Positions 49,175 to 64,000 of a DNA stretch of 64,000 bases are shown one piece after another. Location: assembly GCA_001244265.2 (NCBI GenBank), contig CDLV01000004.1, positions 2,976,001 through 3,040,000 on the forward strand, in the 5' to 3' direction. A program made the position numbers and the translations under genes. The notes beneath the pieces were generated by a model that saw only the letters and a program-made list of their open reading frames with translations, was not told the DNA's origin and made no database searches. This DNA is from Microbotryum violaceum. Its lineage: Eukaryota. Each line of letters opens with the position of its first letter. The first letter of the stretch is position 1.

Positions 49175-51368
49175 GGTGAATGACCATACAAATGCGGACC
49201 CGACACGGCGTACCGATGTTACGAAGCTGTCGACAAAGCGTGAAGGTCTTGGCAGAGTGCAAGCGTGCTGATAGCCTAGCCGATACGTCCTGCAGCTGCT
49301 AGTGGTGCGCTAGATCGAGCCTGTGCGGGTTGATGATGAGCTATGAGGTTCGTACAAGACACACGAGGTGTGCAGAGTGTGGAAAGAAGGAGGCGCAGAA
49401 CTGTGGCGTTTGCCGTTGTCCAAATGGGTAGCCGTGGTGGTGATCATCGCTGCAAGAGAAGCTGAAGCCCGAATCGTGGGCAGCCTGCGGCGCGCCTCGT
49501 GGGAGCCTTGTACTATGGGCCGCCGTTTGTCGTTTTATTCCGAGTGAACACGCGCGGCGCAATGACAATGCGCGCGAGACCGCTTTACAGCACACACCGG
49601 ACATAACTGACACGCGTACGCGCCAGACCCTCTGTGACATACCTCGACGCATTGAACACACGCGTCAGCGCTATCTTTAACCCACGACGTAGCATTTATA
49701 CACTCCTTCGCACTTTTCACTTGTTTCCTACCCATTTTGACTAGGTTCGGCGGCGCGCTCCGCGCGCCACCTCACATTGAGAATCAGCAGTTGCAGATGG
49801 CTACGGTTCTACGCTGCTTTCATCTATCTTCTGATCTCCTGGAGGTGGACTGATTCGTCGTGATTTGGCAAAGTGAGGGTCGGGCAGAGAACTGTGCAGG
49901 ACCGGAACGGAACGCTCTCGCTCAAGACTTTCCTGTTGACGACGTCTTTGCTGATCTTGAGACCTTCGAGAGATCGCAACGTTCGCAGGTGGTGGATCCA
50001 TTGGATGAAGTTGATTTTCCGGCAGTGGAAGCAGTGCAATTGGTGACTGTGCGGCGACATCCACCGGGACAGAGTGGACGTTGGGCGTTGGCCGAGGTGG
50101 AGGCGATTGATTGATAGAATCAAATTTGCTGCCTTTCCCGGAGTCTCCGCAATTGTTGTGCCCTAAATCTTCTGGAAATAAAATGATCCGTCGATGTTGA
50201 TGCGGTAGAGGCAGGGTTCGGCGAAAAACTGTGTGGGACCGGACCGGAACGCTCTCGCTCGAGCCTTCGTCGTTGCTGGCCTTCAGACCTCCGAGACGTT
50301 GTGCAACTATCATTATTCTTGCTGTTGTCCATCTCTAGCAAGGGCAGTAAAGACTCACATTTAGTGTGCCAATGACCCGGATTCTCAACCGTACGAAGTC
50401 AAGCAGCACCCCAACTTCCCCCCAGAAGTCAGCATTCCATGAAGCAAGCGTCGACGATTTATGCAGGCGATGACTTGAGAATAACGGGAAGGCATTGCTT
50501 CGGTTTCCTGTGATGTTACAGTCCAACCGGTCAGTTATTCATGCTGCCCTGCGCTTTGCTTTTGAAAGATTGGCACACACTTGCCAACGCGATGGTCACC
50601 CCACCAAACCGAGCCATGGAATAACGGGATGGCATTGCTTCGGATCCCCTGTGATGTTACAGTCGATGTTACAGTCCAACCAGTCAGTCAGTCATGCTGC
50701 CCTGCGCCTTGCTTTTGAAATATTGGCACATACCTGCCAACACGACGGTCACTACACCGAACCGAGCCGTGGAATAACGGAAAGACATTGCTTCGGATTC
50801 CCTGTGCTGTTACAGTCGAACCGGTCATTAGTCATGCTGCCCTGCGTTTTGCTTTTGAAAGTTTCGCACACACCTGCCAACGTGATGGTCACCCCACCGA
50901 ACCGAGACATTGAGGACCTGCCACGGGATGGTGAGCCGCAAGTCACGCGACCAGAGCCTGTTTTCTGGCATGATTCGTTACAACTATCAGTATTCTCGCT
51001 GTTGTCCATCTGTAGCAATGGCAGTGAAGACTCACATTTAGTGTCCCAATGACCCGGCGGATCTTCAACCGTACAAAGTCAATCCTTCCGCTGTTTCACT
51101 GACGTTCAATGTCTGTTTTTGGTGTCAGTTTTTCCGTCATATCTAAGACTGCACAGCCATGTCAAGGGAGGACCCACGTATGCAATGTCACCAGCTGAAG
51201 GTGAAGAAACAACTCGAGGGTTGACACTCCTCGAAGAGGAAGTGTTGAATGGAATTTCTGCTTGGTAGTTTTCCATTAGCTTCTGAACAACACAGCAAGA
51301 GCACAATCCATGAAGTTACTTACTCGAATTCGTAGCTATCACCACCACCTCAACTGAGGGCGACACGC

Positions 51369-52788
51369 ATGAACAACCACAACAACAACGACACCAGCAA
51401 TGCCACCCCCGGTGCTATAGCACCTAATCGCCCTCCCGACCCCACCGGCGTCACCGTCACCGCCCAAACCAAGTCGTACTCCGCGGCCGTCTCCGCCCGT
51501 TCCCATGCGAAGACCAACGCCACCCCCGCCACCGCCACGACTGTTGCCTCCCACCCGATGATTCACAACATCGCCAACTGTGTAATCATCAAAACCCCTC
51601 CCGCGACCACCTCCGAGAAAGTGCTCTCAGCACTCGATCACCACTACCCGGCCCTTGCAGGCGCCATGCCCTGCGTCATCAAGGGACAACACGGCATCCG
51701 ATTCCCTAAGGACGCCGACATCGCCGACCTGGTCGCGAATGGTCTGACCGTTGGAAAGACCTTGTGCCAAGTCGAGAAACTATTCTCAGCCACTACTGGT
51801 CTAATTCAATGCACCCTTTCTGGCTTCTTCTCCGATGTAGAGGGCCTCCGCCTCTTTGATGAGCAGATTGCCGAGTACGGCAAGGTCCTCCTTCGCCGCA
51901 CTCATTACATTGGCAAGACTAGGCACATCTCTGGGGTGTATGACTTTGTTCTTGCCCTCGGGGACCCAAACAAATTGCCTCCTGCATCCATCTCCATTGA
52001 ACGCGACGGCGTGACCGAGCGTATCCCGCTCAGGATCACCGGTGGCATGCGCCACTGTGTTTTCTGCCGTTCCGCGGCCCATGTCCGTAAGGACTGCCCC
52101 GTCGCCCCGGCGTGCAAGTCGTGCGCAAGCACCTCGCACGCCAGCCAGCATTGCCCGGGCCGCCGCTTCGCGTCGAGCCCCCAGGGCACTCCCGAGTCAC
52201 GTGCCGCGCAAGCCTCCACCATGACCAAAGCCCCCCCGGCCTCCAAGTCGATCCCTGCGCCACCCGCGCCCGACCGCTCGTTGAAGACCAAAAAACGTCG
52301 AGTGAACCCAGACCAGGACCTGGCTGCCCAGCCCCAAGATCCATCTAACAGGGCTCAGCCTGAACCCCTGTCGGAGACTCCTCGCCCCGGTTTCTCCTTC
52401 AATTTCCCTCCCAACTCCGCCCCCCTGCCCGCCTCCAACCAGTCAACTGCCCCTCCCCTCGTTGAAAAATCCTCCGAGTCCCCCAGCTCGGAGACGACCC
52501 CTTCGCCCCCAAGCCCTGCTCCGGCCACACCAACGCCAAAGACGATCATCACTCGTTCCCAGTCAATTGCTGCCCTCTCCACACCAGCCACTCGTGAAGA
52601 CCCGCCCACTCCGCCTGCCCCGAAGCCTCCGAGCCGAACCCCCGGCCCTCCTCGCCGTTGCCCTCAGCGATCAAAGCCCGACCCGATGCCACCGACGCCG
52701 ACGAAGATGCCGAAGAAGAAGGCAAAGACCAAGAAGCACCCCCGAGGACGTGGACGACGTTATGGAGCAAGACGATGAGCACAATTAA
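51369..52788 (+). CDS. LINE ORF1 (gag-like, two CCHC knuckles); frameshifts at C-runs near the 3' end
   Basis: CVFCRSAAHVRKDC and CKSCASTSHASQHC; Pro/Ser-rich tail, then an acidic end EDVDDVMEQDDEHN* spread over three frames. Confidence 0.85.
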
Positions 52789-55700
52789 GATCCCAAACGT
52801 GTCTTTTGTTGCTGCCAACGTGCAGTCAATCAATGAAGATCGTAAGCGTGCCTCTCTTTTCTCCAATCTCCGCTCCCATAACGCCGATGTCTTTCTCCTG
52901 AGCGAAACGGGCCGACCTTCCCCGGAAAGGGTTGCCCAGTGGACTCAGGAGTGCCAAGACTTAAAGCTCTCCGCTCTTTTCACTCCTCTCAACAACACCG
53001 CTATACTCTGGAAGAGCGACTCCGTGGTCATCACTATTGATCCCGAGTCACCTCCCAACACTCTTCGTGCCTCTTTCGCTTTCCCCGACCGAGTCATCGA
53101 CGCCACCTTTCGCGTGGGAGACTCAAAAATCCGGGTTGTATCAATGTACGCGCCTTCCTCCGACAAGCCAGACAAAAAGCGTTTCCTCTCACATCTCAGC
53201 ACAGCCCTCCGACAAGTCGTGCGCGACGAGCCCTCGCCGCCTGCGCTCTTAGTCGGGGGGACTGGAATTGTGTTGAGTCCCAACCCCTCGATTCGGAGAA
53301 CCAAAACGGGACGAATTATGGGGGCCAGGAGATGCGCGACCTTGCCACGGCCAACAACCTCTTTGATGTCTATCGGCTTCACCATCCCAAAGGACGAGCC
53401 ACGACGAATCGCTCAGCGCCCGGCACGTGCCGTCGCCTTGACCGCATCTATGTCTCGCCTGATTGGGTCGACCTCTTCCACGACCACAAAATCTGGGCTC
53501 CTGTCCTCAAATCGACGCACTCGATGGTGGCGGCGCGGTTCCAAGTGCCGGGCGCAATCGACATCGGTCCGGGTAAATTCAAGTTGGGTTTGCACGTGAT
53601 CGAGGGCGACGCGACCTGCGAATACCTCACTTCCACTGTCCAGGCCCTCTACAATGAAGCCCTCCTCCAGACGCCCGACGACCCATCAGCAGCTTGGACG
53701 TCCACCAAACAACACTTGCTGCCCGAGCTTCAGGCTCTGGCTCGCACACTTGCCCGCTTCCGACGTGGAGGATCGGAGGAGGCGAAGGCAGATCACTCGC
53801 GCTACGGCGCGGCGCTGCGGTCCCGCATTGATCCTTCCCTCGCGGGCCCATCTTCCATCTTCATCCGCCTACGCAAAGTGCGCGCATCCGACCTCATCCC
53901 TTCCCTCTCGGTCGACAATGTCGTCCACTCCGACCCCGACTCGATGCTTGGAGCCGCTAGCAAGTACTTCGAAGGGGTCTACGAGGATCGCGCTATCGAT
54001 GACGACGCCTTGGAGAAGATTATCGACGGTCTCGCCTCGACTCGCCTATCCCCTGCCGATTCGGACAAGCTCGAAGGAGCGTACCCCCTAGAGGAGATAA
54101 CAAAGGCACAAGAGGCGTGTAAGTCGAACTCCTCGCCTGGACCCGACGGTCTCCCGGTCGAGTTTTACCGCGCAACGTGGACAGCCACAGGCCCCATCCT
54201 CCGCGACGTCATCAACTCGATCCCCACCGACGACGCCAGTTCTCGAACGTCGGCCCGCCACACTGCCCACATCCACCTCATCCACAAGCGCGGCGAGAGG
54301 GATCGGCTGGTGAACAAACGCCCCATATCACTCATCAACGCTGATGAACGCATCATCTCCCAAGCCCACAACCAGCGCCTTGCCCCTCTGCTCGAGACCC
54401 TGATCGGCTCGACCCAGCGCGGTTTCATTCCGAACCGCTGGATTGGCACGAACATCGCCGAGGTGCAGTGTCTCATGGATCCTGGGCTCCCGGGTTCAGA
54501 GCCGGTGTCCGGTCTGCTCGCAGTGATGGACTTCGAGAAGGCTTACGACCGTCTTTCCCACACCTACATCGATGCAGTCCTCAGCGCCGTTGGCCTTGGC
54601 CCGAAAGCCTGCCAATGGTACCGAGCGACCTATACAAACCAATCCGCCTCAATCTACCTCAACGGATGGCTCTCGGCCGCGTTCGATATCCTCTCGGGAG
54701 TTCGACAAGGCGACCCGCTGGCTCCGTCGCTCTTCGTTCTCGCAATTGAGGGCTTCGCCGTACAGTTGCGGTCACAAGTCAAGGGCATCGCGAGCCCGGG
54801 ACTCCCAACCATACGAGAACTTCTCTTTGCCGACGATGCCTGCTGTGCTCTCCACGACACCTCGGACCTCGACCACCTCAATCGGGCGATCGAGCTGTAC
54901 GAGCGGGCAAGTGCCAGCAAGCTCAGCAACGCCAAATCTTTCCTCTACCCCCTCGGGTCATTCAGGGACCGTCCGATCCCTTCACACCTCGGGTCCTGGC
55001 GTCTCAGCGACTCGCAGTTTCGTTACCTGGGAGTGCAGGTTGGGGTGGACATCGCCGAGGATGCGGGCTGGGAGGAGGTCAAGTCCGCGACCGTCGCCCG
55101 GATACGATCCATCCCAATGTACGACCTTCCGTACGCAGCGAAATGTTCGATAATCAATATCTACTGCTACACGAAGATTCTCTACCATAATCGTTTCATC
55201 CCAGCTTCCAAGAGCGTCGTCAAGGAGATCGAGGACGCGGTCATGATCGCTATCCACGGTCGAGCCTCGGACGGATCTCAGAAACCCCGAAGGTCTCTCG
55301 GCTGCGCCTCTGCACCCCTCTCGACCACGGCGGCTTTGGCTTGATTGACTTACCTCGGCGCCTCGCGGTCGATCACGCCAAGTGGGTCTTTCATCTTCGG
55401 GACCCGGACGGCTGCTTCATTCAGCACCTCTTCGACATCCGCACTCGCCTTCAGGCGGCGAACGAACGCACCCCCTTTACCTTGCCCAAATCAGGCCCCA
55501 ACCCACATCGTCGCTCGTGGGTCTGGATCTGGTGGGCCTACTTTTGCCACCCTCCTCCACAGTGGGAACGCGCAGTGAGGAAGACGAAGGCCCTGCTCCC
55601 TCCACGATGGATCCGCTTTTTCGAAGCCTGGGATTTGGTGACAACGCTGAACCCCCCCGAACTTTCCAAGAGCCCGAATCTGGAGCGGTGGGCAACACAC

Positions 55701-56345
55701 GTCCTCTACTTCCCAGCAGGCCACGGAATCCGACTCTCGGTGAACCCGACGCTTTTCCGAGGACCCGATGGCGAGGTGATGACTCCGTCTTCGTTTGTGA
55801 ACGCGTCCAAACGCCACCAAGCCTTCCTCTACCCTCCTATCCTCCCTCTCGGTCATCAGAGGGTTTTCTGTCTCCCCGAGCAACGCTGGAATGCCTGGTG
55901 GAAGGCGCTACGCAAGATTCGCAGGGTTCATTCGGACGCCGAAGACACGGCCCACCTCCTCTCCCTAGGTTCACTTCATCCAGGTAGCCAAATCGCTTCT
56001 CCGAATAGCCGTTCTCTCCACAATCGATCTACCGCATGTGTCATGTGCCTGTCGGAGGCTCCGGAGACCCTGGCACACCTTGCGGTCGGTTGCCCGTTTG
56101 CCCGCCGCCTCTGGTCTGCGCTCACTCCTATCCCACACCCCGACTTTGTTCAGTTCGTGTGCCCGGTCGTTTCTCGCTCGGAACGCCGACCCGTCGAGCT
56201 GCGTCTACTCTTCTTCCACGCGATCTGGAAGCTCTCTCGTCGCCGTCGATTTTCGTCGGATCCTCTGGAGCCGATCGCCGAAACGGCATTTGAGGAGCTC
56301 CGCGCGTCCATCCAGGAGTCCAAGGGACGACTGGTTTCGCTGTAA
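52775..56345 (+). CDS. LINE ORF2: APE endonuclease, reverse transcriptase, C-terminal zinc finger; frameshifts at ~53255 and ~55285
   Basis: AANVQS, LLSET, GGDWN (across a G-run), RRLDRIY, SPGPDGLP, RPISLIN, DFEKAYD, GVRQGDPL, LFADD, YLGV, GGFGL, CVMC...ETLAHLAVGC. Confidence 0.95.
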
Positions 56346-57490
56346 CCGCCTAAGGGGGTTTTAGTGGGTATGGTTGATTTTGTTCCAAGGTCAACGAGTC
56401 CCACACTACTGGCCTCGCCAGTGTGCTTAACTGCATTCCCTCCGTCTTTTCCGAGGATTTTTAGGCATTAATATAGATATGCTGTTAATGAAATCTATTA
56501 GATAAAAAAAAAAAATGTTGCTTGCAGCCATTTCTTGATTCCGTATTCGTTGCAGAGCTTCCACGGCAACCGCTTCGGATGTCGGAAGCTTGAGGTGGCG
56601 ACGGGATGAGGTGCGATGGGTAAGGTGTGAAGAGCAGGAGGGAGAAAGATGGAGAAGCCTGCGCCTCAGTTTAAACCGGACTCATAGAATGTCGCGGAAG
56701 GCTGCGGAACATTGTGGAGTGAAGCCCGAAGCAGAGGGTCACGTGCCCAGCTGCTTTGATGGGAAATGGAACCTCGACGAACGTTGGAACCTCGGCGAAT
56801 GTGGACGGAACGGTCTGTCGCCACGCGGTTTGTCTCCCGTTCTCTGACGTTCTTTGACGTTGACGTGGTAGACACGCAAAACAGTCTACTTCGAGACACA
56901 GAGGGTCACGTGCTATTCAATGGAAGCTCGACGAACGTAGGCGAACGTAGGCGAAACGGTCTGAAACAGCGCTAGCTAGCTGGGACGCTGGACCGAGAGC
57001 TGCTATGACGTCATGCAACGTGGTTTGTGCCACGTGGTTTGTCTATGTCTCAGGATGTTTTTTTATTTTATATAAGTTTTAATAAGGATTAAGGATAACA
57101 CTCTTTCGCACTTCAAGCGCACTCAAGCGAGATTCTCACGCTCACCAGATTTATATATGATCACACACGCCAGACCACATCTGAACACACACGTAAGCGA
57201 CTTGAACTCTTCTCCGACATCTCAACACACGCGCCAGAAAATGAAAATGATTTTCAGGATATCTTTCCCGGATTCGAGACCCCGCACTCACTCACCTCGG
57301 GCAGACATAAAAAATACGCCTCAACAGGCGCCCGCGCAGCGCCCCCTTAAGCGCCTTCCAAGTCACTGCTCCAGCCCGAGGCCTGAAAGGTGAGAGAGAG
57401 GGATGGCCCGGAGGTCCATTGTCGTCTGACATGACAACCGATGGCGATGACTTGTCCGGGGTTAGTGAGTCAACACCGTCGTCAAGGTAT

Positions 57491-57890
57491 CTACTGCCAA
57501 GAGGCAGAACCAGCCACTGATCCGGCCGCTGCCACAACGAGACGTCCTCCCTGTTGGAGGTGACGGTTCGGGCAGACAGCACTATTAGCTGCGTGCCCAC
57601 CCTTGCAAGATGAGCAGATATGCCTATAAAGGCAGTCCTCCTCAATGTGGCTCTCGCCTCTGTTGAACCTTTTGCAGGCATTGTTGCATTTTTTCTTGGG
57701 TGGGATTGAACCCTGACGAGAGTGCGATGAGGAGCCGCGGTTTGCCGCAGGTGGGCCCTTGTTGCGAAAGTGAGTCGTCTGAGCTAGCCACCTGCTGATC
57801 AGTTTCGCATAGACACTAGTCATTGAGGCCAGATGTCTCCATAGGACCGCGTGTTCTTGATCGATTATATGCAGGTAGTTGGCGATGTAC
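57491..57890 (-). pseudogene. Gag-like zinc-finger fragment resembling ORF1 of DIRS/Ngaro tyrosine-recombinase retroelements
   Basis: CKRFNRGESHIEEDCLYRHICSSCKGGHAANSAVCP (CCCH-like plus CCHC pattern). Confidence 0.55.
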
Positions 57891-59930
57891 TGCCTTGTTG
57901 ACAATCCTTCCCGTTGCATTCAATCACTGATGTAAACCACGAAATTCTGATAGTGCAGGACGCATGGGCTCGGAAGCGCCCTGACTGCCCGCGAATGTCG
58001 AGCCAAACATCGAAGAAATGGTCGTTCAGGGACCAAGAACATTCGTGCAGCTGAAAAAGCTCCATCCGGCGATCCAGTATAATGAGCGCGCGGTCTCGGA
58101 TCTCTTCAACATCTTCAGTGCCAAATATGGACTTGGCATCAGCTGCGTTGATTGATTCAAAAAGGGTATCTCTTGGGATAGTTTGAAAGATGTCAGTGCA
58201 ACATAAGACGTGATATGGAGCACGCTGTATCGAAAACTTACCCGACACGTTAGTCCAAAGTGTTTGGCAACTAGTGATACAAGTCTTTACATCTTCGATC
58301 CAAGCCAAAGCTTGCCGCACCTCGGCGCCGATCCGCGCTTTCTCCTCACCAACTCGATCCTTGGCGCGCACAGCTGCTACTCCTCGGAATGAGCGACCGT
58401 AGCCCGCTCAACAATCGCTCACAGCCCTCTCCATCAGTCAACCCGAAGTTCAGAATGAGGCGGGGGTTGAACTCGACTTGGCAGGACCAGATATGGGTGT
58501 ATGCATGGAAGACGCTCGTGGCAAACTCCAGTCGCTTGAAAAGCTTTGGCAGGAGCTGCCTCTGGTGACAAATGATTAGAAAGTAGGCACATTTGGTCTG
58601 TGCCAACGAGACTAAGGAGGAAGGGACGCATCATGATCGAAGCATACCTTTTCAATATGGTGCTTAAAGTTACAAGCAATGTCGTATAAGACTCCGATCT
58701 TGGCGTTTTCAGGAAGGCGCTCTGAGATGTACTTGAGGATGGCAAGCGCATAGTACAATCTGAATGGTCGGAGCAGCTCCGTCGTCGGCAGCCTTCCGCG
58801 ACTCTGTGCACGCCTATGACGGTGGGTGGGTGTAGAGGTAAGCGATCCCATTAAGGCAAATGCAAAGAGCGGCATTACTCACTTTTTTGGTCGGTCGCAC
58901 CGAAGCTTCAACCTCGGCCTTCATCGCCTGAACCTCTTCCTCAGCCAAGAAAATGTCCGGAACAATCTGGTCGTGGTTCGAGTTTTTCTCACGCGTTTGC
59001 TGAAAGTTGCCGTCGTATGCAAGCACGCAATCCAATGTGACGTCGTGACAAGGTTGATTAAGTCACGTTGGCCCGAAGCACGCGGGACACTTGTTGGAAC
59101 GAATCGACGGTGCCTGCGAGAAGGTCCCCGCTGTCCTCCTCGCATGTTTCGAGAGCGCGGTACTCGTCGATCGCGTTGCTTCCGAAGGTCTTTGTCCTGT
59201 ATGCGCGGAAGGCAGGCTTTAAGCATGTGCCCATGAGACGATGGCGGCGTCCAAACTCACCCAAGAATGTCCCGTATAGTGACCCCGACCCCACCCACAA
59301 CGGGAGTAATATACTCTTTGAGGCCGTCCGCATAGCCGGTGATGGCGCGGGGCTGACCTTCCAGCTCGCGTGGGCCTGCTCGACCAGTCGAAATGAGAAG
59401 GTGGTCATCGGCATTGAAGCGGTCGAAGAGATGAACCCTAGTTGGGCCAAGCGTTCGACGTCCGTAGCACACCGCGACTCGGAAGCACAGAAGGTGACCT
59501 GCAATTTGTAGACCGACGGTTTGGACTTGTATCTTCTCTTCGGCGGCATGGCGATGCCGAGTCAAGTGCATGAGCAAGAGGACGAACGCGAGCCGTGGGG
59601 CCTGTACAGTCGATGGCGACGCTACAAGGAGCTGTAGCGAAAGCAACGAGGTGAGGCGGCGAGTCAAGTGGAAGGTCCCTCGCGTGTTGCGCTAGGCCTC
59701 GGCGCGCGTAGCCGACTGCCGACTGCCGCCAACGCGTGTGCTCGGACCCTTCGATCTCGGGACCGAAATCCCGCGCGACAGCTTTGGACACGTGACATTG
59801 ACAACATCCGAAAGATGCGTGAAAACTATGAAGGAAGGAATGCATCTACTACCCACTTTCCTAATCATGTCTGAGAAGCTTTGGAACTGCTTGAACCATT
59901 CTTGCCGGATTTCGCGGCCTCCAACACAAT
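57890..59930 (-). pseudogene. CxC1-like plus KDZ transposase with internal deletion and frameshifts
   Basis: VTFC...LAQLGFISSTASMPMTTFSFRLV, CVLAYDGNFQ, VLYDIACNFKHH, FHAYTHIWSCQVEFNPR, GLTDGEGCERLLSGL, then a direct jump at ~58383 to GVAAVRAKDRVGEE. Confidence 0.85.
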
Positions 59931-59938
59931 CTAGCAGC

Positions 59939-60343
59939 TGTTAGAGTGATGTGTGTACATAGAATCGACTCGAAGCAGAGAGTTGGGTGTAACCTGGGCA
60001 CGCTGGCACCCAGGTACCAGAGGCAATTCCACTTTGACACACCCTCAAAGGACTACCCAACCACTCTTCTCCTTTCTTTGACTTCGTCGCTGGGCAGGCT
60101 CCCAGGACCACTTGCTCGAACATCCTTCACCGTCGAGCGACTCGCAACCATCACGGAAACTCAGTGTGGAAGCACCGCGTGCAGCGGTGCTCCAGAACGA
60201 TAGACAGGATCAAACAATAGTAATTCACTAGAACCTCGGGTCAGTGAGCTGGCGAAAGTCAAGGGAGGTTCTAGGCGCGCGCAAGCTATTCAACTAAGCC
60301 AAAAGTTCTATTGCCTTCCATTGTACCTCGGGCAAAGGCCTCA
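59939..60343 (-). repeat. Probable 3' LTR (~405 bp) of the Gypsy element
   Basis: Minus strand TGAGG follows the polypurine tract GAAGAAGAGGATGGAGGGAGGG (60365-60344); candidate end ...CTCTAACA at 59939, where KDZ-like sequence appears to resume. Confidence 0.55.
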
Positions 60344-60363
60344 CCCTCCCTCCATCCTCTTCT

Positions 60364-64000
<3,637 letters not shown>

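Larger units (their letters stand above)
51340..56515 (+). mobile_element. Full-length L1/Tx1-type LINE
   Basis: Two overlapping ORFs, 3' UTR, A12 tail at 56504-56515. The empty site GTAGCTATGTTGC is visible in the other units. Confidence 0.95.
19492..57095. repeat. Tandem array of ~10.08-kb units: 19492-29577, 29578-39660, 39661-49740, and partial 49741-57095 (interrupted by a LINE)
   Basis: Identical ORF sets recur at offsets of ~10085 and ~20165-20168; every junction is ...CCCATTTTGA|CTAGGTTCGG. Confidence 0.97.
49741..57095 (-). mobile_element. Helitron A terminal copy, split by a LINE, with a diverged 5' ~350 bp
   Basis: 49741-51339 and 56516-~56775 match copy 1. 56775-57095 has substitutions and a replaced segment, and starts A|TCCTTAATCC on the minus strand at 57095. 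Confidence 0.85.
57293..59938 (-). mobile_element. KDZ element 2, internally deleted, 5' side interrupted by Gypsy
   Basis: Terminus CACCTCGGGCAGACATAAAAAA at 57293 matches the end of element 1; contains KDZ transposase exons. Confidence 0.7.

Noticed and set aside
60324-60336. TACCTCGGGCAAA as the other KDZ terminus
   Set aside because: Same orientation as the 57293 end rather than inverted, only ~11-12 bp, and located inside the Gypsy LTR.

Overview
Fungal (intron-rich, basidiomycete-like; taxon inferred) window made almost entirely of nested transposable elements. Left to right: 3' half of a KDZ (Kyakuja-Dileera-Zisupton) element with a convergent accessory gene; a MULE-type transposase gene with SWIM and Ulp1/C48 domains plus a small Zn2Cys6 gene; Copia, Gypsy and LINE fragments; a tRNA-like sequence; a non-autonomous Helitron carrying a captured Gly/Tyr/Gln micro-exon fragment. 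The centre is a near-identical tandem array of ~10.08-kb units (3 full plus 1 partial, 19492-57095). Each unit starts exactly at a Helitron hairpin+CTAG end and holds two head-to-head Helitrons plus the intron-containing host genes LSM7 and SIT4/PP6. A full-length L1-type LINE sits in the last copy, followed by a deleted KDZ element and a chromodomain Gypsy element. The differences I noticed between array units, and several TE frameshifts, are homopolymer indels, so sequencing or assembly error must be excluded. All calls are by eye; no searches were run.
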